Assembly: GCA_963707505.1 (NCBI GenBank)
Contig: CAVPQB010000006.1
Span: forward strand, 608,001-672,000
DNA from: an uncultured Gemmatimonadales bacterium
Lineage (GTDB): Bacteria; Gemmatimonadota; Gemmatimonadetes; Gemmatimonadales; Gemmatimonadaceae
Reading direction: 5' to 3'
DNA: 64,000 nt
The stretch's first letter is position 1; every line of letters begins with the position of its first letter. Of the stretch, positions 56,343-64,000 are shown piece after piece. The position numbers and the translations under genes are program-made. The notes beneath the pieces are model-generated. The model was not told the DNA's origin. It ran no database searches and worked only from the letters and a program-made list of their open reading frames with translations.

Positions 56343-57392
56343 ATGAACTCCGAAGCGATGCACTTTCCACCCACACCGTTCGATGAGCTGCGCGCACGCG
56401 CAGCTCAGTTCATCGACAAGGCCAAGACAGCTCAACGTCATGGTGATGCGGACAGTGCGTTGGCGCACTACGATGACGCGCTCTCGTTGATGGAGGATGA
56501 GGGCGATTCCCCCATGGCTGCCGATGTGCTCAGATGGAAGGGCTGGGTGTTGAGCGAACGAGGGGATACACCCGCAGCGTACCGGTTCTTCAATCGAAGT
56601 CTCGCAATGGCCGAACGGCTCGATTACGTGAATGGCCAGGCACATGCGCTCAACTGTCTTGGCACAATTGCACAGCGTCGAGGAGAGCTGAAAAATGCCG
56701 AGCGGTTGTACAGCCAGGCCGCGTTTCGCGCTGAAGCGAGCGCCGACCGTCGGTTGCTCGGAATGGTCGAGCTGAATCAGGGAGTGATCGCATCGTCGCT
56801 GGGAGACTGGGACACTTCGATAGTGCGGTTGCGGCTGAGTCTCAAGGCATTCGAGAGCGTCGGCGACAAGGAGGGAGCGTCCTACGCGCACAACAACATC
56901 GGACTGCATTACGCCGCAAGGAAGCGTTATGCACAGGCTGTCGAATCGTTTGAAATGGCTCTCGCGATCGCGTACTCGCGAGAAGACATGGTGGTCGAGG
57001 CAACGGTCGAGCTGAACCTCGGCGACGTTCGAATACGGCAGGCGGAGCTTGACAGCGCGACGCGGTCGGTTGCCCGGGCGCTCAAGATCGCTGAGATCCG
57101 GCGGGACCGCCTTCGCATGGCCGAGGCGCTGCGGCTCAAGGCACGGATCGAGAGGTTGCGCGGACAGTTGGCGACAGCCGTGGAGACGCTGCGGCAGGCA
57201 CGCTATCAGGCTCGGGAGGGCGAAGATGCCCTGCTTCAGCTGGAGCTTCTGACCGAGCTCGGCGAGCTCTGCCGCGAGCAGGGCGATTCGGAGCGGACCA
57301 GAGACGTTCTTCGAGAAGCCCTGGTCGGTTTTACCGAGATAGGCGCGATCAGACGAGCCGAGGCAATTGCGGAGGAATTGGCCGCTTTGTAG
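56343..57392 (+). CDS. Stand-alone cytoplasmic tetratricopeptide-repeat protein
   Basis: About eight 40-aa helical repeats (AHALNCLG, VELNQG, AHNNIG, VELNLG); no signal peptide or catalytic domain. Confidence 0.85.
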   Translation: MNSEAMHFPPTPFDELRARAAQFIDKAKTAQRHGDADSALAHYDDALSLMEDEGDSPMAADVLRWKGWVLSERGDTPAAYRFFNRSLAMAERLDYVNGQAHALNCLGTIAQRRGELKNAERLYSQAAFRAEASADRRLLGMVELNQGVIASSLGDWDTSIVRLRLSLKAFESVGDKEGASYAHNNIGLHYAARKRYAQAVESFEMALAIAYSREDMVVEATVELNLGDVRIRQAELDSATRSVARALKIAEIRRDRLRMAEALRLKARIERLRGQLATAVETLRQARYQAREGEDALLQLELLTELGELCREQGDSERTRDVLREALVGFTEIGAIRRAEAIAEELAAL

Positions 57393-57424
57393 GCCTTTGC
57401 AGGGGCGTCAGTTGGTTACAGCTT

Positions 57425-57470
57425 GATGCGAGGTTGGCCGACACTCTGAGGGTGTCACCAACCTCGCATC
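57425..57470 (+). other. Strong intergenic hairpin between the TPR and activator genes
   Basis: GATGCGAGGTTGG-CC-GACACTC-TGA-GGGTGTC-A-CCAACCTCGCATC: 13-bp plus 7-bp stem, no U-tract. Confidence 0.7.
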
Positions 57471-57474
57471 CGCA

Positions 57475-58563
<1,089 letters not shown>

Positions 58564-58574
58564 CGACAGCGACA

Positions 58575-60188
58575 ATGACGCAGATTGGCGGAGTCTCGCG
58601 TCCTGATTCTCCTGTTTCGTTCGACGACGTGGTCGGCGAGGCGCGGAGTCTCGAGCGGAATGGCAGATGGACGGAGGCACGCTCCTGCTATGAGCGTCTA
58701 TTGGGTGACGATACACTCACCGCGGCGGCGCGCTCATCGGTATTACGCTGGATCGGCCGCACGCACGCCGAGGAAGGGAATCCGGACACAGCGTTCTCCG
58801 TGCTCGAGCGGGCCGTTGCGGCCGCGCAGGAATCAGGTGAGGTGGGCGTGGAAGCGCACGCGCTCAACGGGCTCGCGGTAATCGAGCAGACGCTGGGCAA
58901 CCTCGACCGTTCCGAGGAGTTGTATGTACGCGCGCGAAGCCGTGCCGCCGAAGCCGACGATGAGCTGCTGGTGGCGATACTGGACCAGAATCTCGCAACC
59001 GTGGCGAACATTCGCGGTAATCTGGAGCTCGCGCTCGAGTCGTATGGATCGAGCCGGAAGCGCTTCCATGCGCTGGGCCGTTCATCATACGAAGCACACG
59101 TGCTCAATAATGTCGGGATGGTGCTGACAGATCTTGGACGGTGGGAAGACGCCGAAGCGGCGTATTGCTCCGCGTGCGAAGCGTGTGCAAGCAGCGACGA
59201 CAGAGAGCTGCTGCGCAGGATCGAGGTGAATCAGGCCGAGCTCTGGATTGCACGTAACGATCTGCCCAAGGCGCGCGAGCGGTGCGAGCGGTTGCTGAAC
59301 GATGCACAGCGTGAAAAAAATGTATCAGCGCCATGGCTCGGCGAGGTTTACAAGCACTACGGCGTCGTGTGCCGGGAACAGCGTCAGCTTGATCGTGCTG
59401 AAGGTTGGTTTGCACAGGCAGCAAGGATCGCGGATAACTCGCATGACCTGCTCCTTGCCGCTGAAACGGCGCGCGAGCAGGCCGAGCTTTACTGGATTCA
59501 GGCGCGAAACAGCGACACGCTGCAGGCGCTGAACGCAGCACACGGCTGGTTTTCACAACTGCGCGCGGAGCGTGACCTCGATGCGATCGCACGGCGCAAC
59601 GGACGTCTGGAAGAGCGTTTTCTCGAAGTAGTGCGGAAGTGGGGCGAATCGATCGAAAGCAAGGACTGTTACACGCAAGGGCACTGCGTACGTGTCGCAG
59701 ACGTAGCGTGCATGCTCGCCGAGCGTATGGGGTTCGACTCGAAAACATTGTTCTGGTTCCGCATTGGCGCTCTGCTGCACGACGTTGGCAAGTTGATAGT
59801 TCCGCAGGAAGTGCTCAACAAGCCAGGCAAGCTCGATGACGATGAGTGGCGCATCATGAAGCGTCACCCCGAAGCCGGTGTCGAGCTGCTGGCCGACATC
59901 GAATTTCCGTGGGATGTGAGGCCCATGGTGCGCAACCATCACGAGCGCTGGGACGGCGCAGGATATCCGGATGAGCTGGCGGGTGAAGCGATACCGCTTT
60001 CGGCGCGCATTCTCTGCATCGCCGATGTGTACGACGCTCTCACGACGAATCGCTCGTACCGTAAGGGGTTCGATCATGAACGGGCTGTGGCCGTAATGAC
60101 CGAGAACAATGCGAACGGTCACTTCGATCCGGCGATATTCGATCTCTTCCTCGAATGGGCTGCGACGCACAACACACAGGTGGGATGA
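58575..60188 (+). CDS. TPR-repeat HD-GYP cyclic-dinucleotide phosphodiesterase
   Basis: N-terminal TPR array; C-terminal KDCYTQGHCVRV, LLHDVGK, LNKPGKL, HHERWDGAGYP, IADVYDALTTNRSYRK, all motifs intact. Confidence 0.92.
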   Translation: MTQIGGVSRPDSPVSFDDVVGEARSLERNGRWTEARSCYERLLGDDTLTAAARSSVLRWIGRTHAEEGNPDTAFSVLERAVAAAQESGEVGVEAHALNGLAVIEQTLGNLDRSEELYVRARSRAAEADDELLVAILDQNLATVANIRGNLELALESYGSSRKRFHALGRSSYEAHVLNNVGMVLTDLGRWEDAEAAYCSACEACASSDDRELLRRIEVNQAELWIARNDLPKARERCERLLNDAQREKNVSAPWLGEVYKHYGVVCREQRQLDRAEGWFAQAARIADNSHDLLLAAETAREQAELYWIQARNSDTLQALNAAHGWFSQLRAERDLDAIARRNGRLEERFLEVVRKWGESIESKDCYTQGHCVRVADVACMLAERMGFDSKTLFWFRIGALLHDVGKLIVPQEVLNKPGKLDDDEWRIMKRHPEAGVELLADIEFPWDVRPMVRNHHERWDGAGYPDELAGEAIPLSARILCIADVYDALTTNRSYRKGFDHERAVAVMTENNANGHFDPAIFDLFLEWAATHNTQVG

Positions 60189-61783
60189 CAATGTCGTTCA
60201 TACGTCGCGAAGATGTTGGCGCATCGCTGCGATCGGTCGCGCTTGCAGGATTGATCATCATCGCTGTCGCTGCGTGCGCGGGAGAGGCGAGGGTCGGGAA
60301 GGCGAGTGGTGCAGGAGGGACACTCGTTGTCGCCACAGCCGGCGACGCCGACAACCTCTTTCCACCGCTTACACTGACCAGTCAGGGGCGCCAGGTGGTG
60401 GATCAGATATTCGATTATCTGGCGGACATCGGCCCCGACTTGAATACGATTGGCGATGGAGGCTTCACGCCCAGGCTGGCCGATTCCTGGCGCTGGGCTC
60501 CGGATTCGTCGTGGATAGCGTTCCACATCAATCCGCGTGCACGCTGGCACGACGGGCAGCCGGTTCGCGCCGGCGACGTCCGCTTCACATTCAAATTGCT
60601 GACGGACTCGACGCTTGCATCGCCGATTGCAGCGACATTGCGCGGGATCGATTCGGTAAGTGTGCGCGATTCACTTACTGCGGTCGTGTGGTACTCGAGA
60701 CGGACGCCGGAGCAGTTCTTCAATTTCGTGTACAACGTCGCGATACTGCCTGAGCATCTTCTGCACGATGTTCCGGTGAAGTCACTTGCATCGTCACAGT
60801 TTGCGCGGCATCCAGTGGGCAGTGGCCGGTTCAGGTTTGGCAGATGGGACGGCGGGTCGCGCATCGAGATCGTGACTGACAGTAATAACTATCGCGGACG
60901 CGCACGGCTCGATCGCGTTGTGTGGTTGGTGTCGCCGGACATGCAGGCAGCGACGACGCGGTTGCTGGCGGGCGAGGCGGACTTCCTCGAGGTCGTGCGT
61001 GGTCCCGCAGTGGATCAGGTTGTCGCATCGCCGCGCGTACGACTGTTGACGTCGCCGAGTCTCGATTACGGCTTTCTGGGGTTCAACGTTCGGCGTGCGC
61101 CGTTCAATGACAGGGAAGTACGGCGTGCGTTGAGCATGGCCGTGGATCGGTCGGCGATGGCCCGGAACGTGTTCGACACGCTGGCGCTCCCGGGGCTCGG
61201 CCCCGTGACGCGCGCGTTACCGGTCAGCAGGAACGTTGTTGCACTTTCGTATGATTCCGCGGCAGCGGTGAAGATACTTGCCGCGCACGGTCCGATCTCC
61301 TTCCGGTTGCTCGTTCCCACGTCGAGCGCCGTGCGCATGAAGTACGCAACGCTGCTTCAGGAGCAGTACCGTCGCTTCGGAGTGAACGTGACCATCGAGC
61401 CGCTCGAGGTCAACGCATTCGTTCGGCGACTCACAAGAAGCGACTTCGATGCGGTGCTCAATGCATGGCATTCCGACCCCAGTCCTGCCGCCGTTGTTCA
61501 GGCATGGGGGACGGCCGGCGCGCCGCCCGAGGGTGCGAATTTTGTCGGGTACACGAGTCAGCGCTTCGACGCGCTGGTGGATAGCGGCGCACGGTCATTC
61601 GATCCGGCGCGTGCGCGTGACTTTTATGCGCGGGCCTATGAGGAGATCGATGGCGACGCTCCGGCGGTGTGGCTGTACGACGCCCGGAACGCGAGCGGGG
61701 TGAGCCGTCGGGTGCACGTAGCTGGCACGAGGGCGGACGCCTGGTGGTCCGATCTTCCAGACTGGACAGTCGGCAAGCGCTGA
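60185..61783 (+). CDS. Peptide ABC transporter substrate-binding lipoprotein (SBP family 5, OppA/DppA-like)
   Basis: ATGA overlap with the HD-GYP stop; lipobox VAAC; PRLADSW, RWHDGQPVRAGDVRFT, PVGSGRFRF, PFNDREVRRALSMAVDR. Confidence 0.88.
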   Translation: MTMSFIRREDVGASLRSVALAGLIIIAVAACAGEARVGKASGAGGTLVVATAGDADNLFPPLTLTSQGRQVVDQIFDYLADIGPDLNTIGDGGFTPRLADSWRWAPDSSWIAFHINPRARWHDGQPVRAGDVRFTFKLLTDSTLASPIAATLRGIDSVSVRDSLTAVVWYSRRTPEQFFNFVYNVAILPEHLLHDVPVKSLASSQFARHPVGSGRFRFGRWDGGSRIEIVTDSNNYRGRARLDRVVWLVSPDMQAATTRLLAGEADFLEVVRGPAVDQVVASPRVRLLTSPSLDYGFLGFNVRRAPFNDREVRRALSMAVDRSAMARNVFDTLALPGLGPVTRALPVSRNVVALSYDSAAAVKILAAHGPISFRLLVPTSSAVRMKYATLLQEQYRRFGVNVTIEPLEVNAFVRRLTRSDFDAVLNAWHSDPSPAAVVQAWGTAGAPPEGANFVGYTSQRFDALVDSGARSFDPARARDFYARAYEEIDGDAPAVWLYDARNASGVSRRVHVAGTRADAWWSDLPDWTVGKR

Positions 61784-61956
61784 TGTCCGATTCCGTACCG
61801 AATCGGTACGGCGCGTGCGGTCTGACGAGGCGATGAATACAATTCAGGGAGTCCAACCTGTTCGGTCAGCTCCGTGACTGACCATTTTGGATAGCCGCTG
61901 GCACCGCGCTGCGGCTCCGCGGGTCACGAGATTCCATTCTTTCGGAGTAATCAGAA

Positions 61957-63912
61957 ATGCTTCAGCCAAGATCGGCCGCTGCGGTGGTCGTTCTCTTCAG
62001 CGCGCTTGCGGCAGGTGCGCAGCAGCCGACTCCACAGCAGACAGAAGCGACCCGCAGAGGAGCTGGTGACACGTCGATCTTTGCACCGCTGGATCTGTAT
62101 CCGTCGCCCAACGTTTACAGGACCGGTGACGGCCGGCCCGGCGCTCATTACTGGCAGCAGCGCGCCGATTACGATCTGCACGCGACGCTGGATACGACGA
62201 ACAAATCGCTGAGCGCATCGATGACGTTGCGATACACGAACAACTCGCCAGATACCCTGCGATTCATCTGGGTTCAGACCGAGCAGAACGCATTCCGGCC
62301 GGGTTCGCTCAACACGCTCGTATTCGCACCCGACAGTCGCTTCGGATCGCGCAGCTTTGTGGGTGGCGATGTGATCGATCACTTCAATCAAGTCGTCAAC
62401 GGACGTGCGACTCCACTCAAGTTGCGCGACAACGGAACTGTGACCAAGGTCGATCTGGCCCAGCCACTGGCGCCTGGCAAGACGGCTACATTCGACGCAG
62501 CATGGCACTTTCTGATTCCGGAGCATGGCGCTGATCGCATGGGCCGCGATGGTTCGCTGTTCGAGCTCGCCCAGTGGTATCCACGTGTGAACGTGTATGA
62601 CGACGTCCGCGGCTGGAACACGGAGCCGTATCTCGGACAGGGCGAGTTCTATCTGGAGTACGGTGATTTCAATCTGAGCGTCACGGTTCCATCGGGCTAC
62701 ATCGTGGCCGCGACGGGAACGCTCGCGAATCCGCACGACGTGCTGACGCCGACCGAGATCGCCCGTCTTGCGAAGGCGGCCAGGTCCGACACACCAGTAC
62801 CGATCATCACGGCATCGGATCTCACCAGCGGGGCAGCGCGGCCACGGACTACCGGCACGATGACGTGGCGCTTCAAGGCACACAACGTGCGCGACGTGGC
62901 GTGGGCGGCATCGCCCGAATACCAGTGGGATGCATCGAGCTGGAAGGGAATTCTGGCGCAGGCGTACTATCGGCCGAGCGCGGCAATCAACTGGGACGAT
63001 GCGGCGGACCAGGCGCGCATGTCGATTCAGGAGTATTCGGAGCGCTGGTTCATGTATCCGTATCCTCAGATCACCGCCGTCGAAGGTCCGATCAGCGGAA
63101 TGGAGTACCCGATGCTCGCGATGGAGACCAAGAGTCGCGACAAGCCGGATCTGTACAACGTCGTGACTCATGAGATCGGACACAACTGGTTCCCGATGAT
63201 CGTCGGCTCCAACGAGCGCGTACAGTTCTGGCAGGACGAAGGTTTCAACACGTTCATCAACACCTTCAGCGAAGCGCGTCGCTATCCGCAGAACGGCGAC
63301 CAGATGCAGCGAGCAGCCGAGGAGCGTGCACAGGTCGAGCAGACGCAGAAGTTGAACATCGACGTTCCGATCATCACGAATCCGGATCGTATCGACCCGC
63401 GCAAGCTCGGCTTCACAGAATACGTCAAGACGTCTGTCGGCCTTCAGCTTCTGCGCCAGGAGATCATGGGGCCTGCGGCCTTCGACGACGCGTTCAAGGA
63501 ATACACGCGCCGTTGGGCGTTCAAGCATCCAACGCCGACTGATTTCTTCCGTACGATGGAATCGGTTGGCGGGCAGCGGCTGGACTGGTTCTGGCGCGAG
63601 TGGTTCTATGAAGATCCACATTTCGATCAGGCCATCGAGTCGGTGCAGGCGACTGATTCGAGTGGGGTGCAGCACGTCACGGTCGTGTATGGCAATCGTG
63701 CACGCGGTGTGCTGCCGATACGCGCGCACTTCACCTTCAGCGACGGCACAACGCAGGATTTCGAGTATCCCGCGCTGGTCTGGAGTACCAACAGTGTCCG
63801 CTATGTTCGGGAATACGACTTCACCGGCAAGACTGTGAAGCGGATCGATCTCGATCCCGATCGGCGTCTTGTGGATGTCGATCGGACGAACAACAGCTGG
63901 ATGGCGCAGTGA
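61957..63912 (+). CDS. M1-family zinc aminopeptidase, exported
   Basis: Signal peptide; YWQQRADY, AQWYPR, GMEYP, HEIGHNWF...DEGFN, WAFKHPTP. Confidence 0.92.
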   Translation: MLQPRSAAAVVVLFSALAAGAQQPTPQQTEATRRGAGDTSIFAPLDLYPSPNVYRTGDGRPGAHYWQQRADYDLHATLDTTNKSLSASMTLRYTNNSPDTLRFIWVQTEQNAFRPGSLNTLVFAPDSRFGSRSFVGGDVIDHFNQVVNGRATPLKLRDNGTVTKVDLAQPLAPGKTATFDAAWHFLIPEHGADRMGRDGSLFELAQWYPRVNVYDDVRGWNTEPYLGQGEFYLEYGDFNLSVTVPSGYIVAATGTLANPHDVLTPTEIARLAKAARSDTPVPIITASDLTSGAARPRTTGTMTWRFKAHNVRDVAWAASPEYQWDASSWKGILAQAYYRPSAAINWDDAADQARMSIQEYSERWFMYPYPQITAVEGPISGMEYPMLAMETKSRDKPDLYNVVTHEIGHNWFPMIVGSNERVQFWQDEGFNTFINTFSEARRYPQNGDQMQRAAEERAQVEQTQKLNIDVPIITNPDRIDPRKLGFTEYVKTSVGLQLLRQEIMGPAAFDDAFKEYTRRWAFKHPTPTDFFRTMESVGGQRLDWFWREWFYEDPHFDQAIESVQATDSSGVQHVTVVYGNRARGVLPIRAHFTFSDGTTQDFEYPALVWSTNSVRYVREYDFTGKTVKRIDLDPDRRLVDVDRTNNSWMAQ

Positions 63913-63962
63913 GGTAGAGAGTGAATTCGTCCGTACCTCCGGAATTCGAGCATCGGTACATC

Positions 63963-63986
63963 GCCGGCGAGGGCAGCCTCGCCGGC
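63963..63986. terminator. GC-rich hairpin after the M1 peptidase gene
   Basis: GCCGGCGAGG-GCAG-CCTCGCCGGC; no clear U-tract. Confidence 0.45.
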
Positions 63987-64000
63987 CTCACCGTGTTGCT

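Noticed and set aside
61787..61883. CTGACGAG hammerhead-like core, alternative hairpins and a 14-codon ORF (61833-61877, MNTIQGVQPVRSAP)
   Set aside because: No stem II-GAAA to complete a hammerhead; the SD-like GAGG is only 2 nt from the ATG; the hairpins are adequately explained as an mRNA end structure.

Overview
GC-rich bacterial chromosomal window with about 45 CDSs. No rRNA, tRNA, CRISPR array, transposase, integrase or phage genes were recognised. The gene repertoire (duplicated MacB-like permeases, many exported peptidases, GAFTDA-type sigma54 activators, TPR-HD-GYP protein) suggests Gemmatimonadota or a similar soil lineage; this is inference only. In order, the window holds: a partial PQQ dehydrogenase; a Mn/Cu homeostasis block (mntR-mntH, copZ-copA-csoR) with readable promoters and operators; a GH20 hexosaminidase; a MacAB-TolC-like ABC export operon with its NtrC-family two-component system; a YciI/DGPF protein plus ECF42 sigma factor; seven exported peptidases (M20, M13, M28 x2, M61, S10, M1); an alcohol dehydrogenase; an RNB ribonuclease; yajQ-GNAT; an orphan type IV pilin; an RND tripartite pump; TauE-DUF1634; a membrane sensor with a HisKA helix pair but no ATPase domain; hrpB; a split DsbD; and a TolB paralogue with a large helical insertion. 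The best candidate for an undescribed system is 55478-61783. There a palindromic enhancer, an IHF-like dyad and a sigma54 promoter precede five co-oriented genes: a ZU5-like lipoprotein ending in an HF|S autoproteolysis-type motif plus an 8-residue tail, a stand-alone TPR protein, a sigma54 activator with no regulatory domain, a paralogous TPR fused to an intact HD-GYP phosphodiesterase, and an orphan peptide-binding lipoprotein. Together these look like a peptide-sensing sigma54/c-di-GMP circuit (hypothesis). Several sigma54 promoters share one upstream architecture, and CGTC-tagged REP palindromes are scattered between genes.
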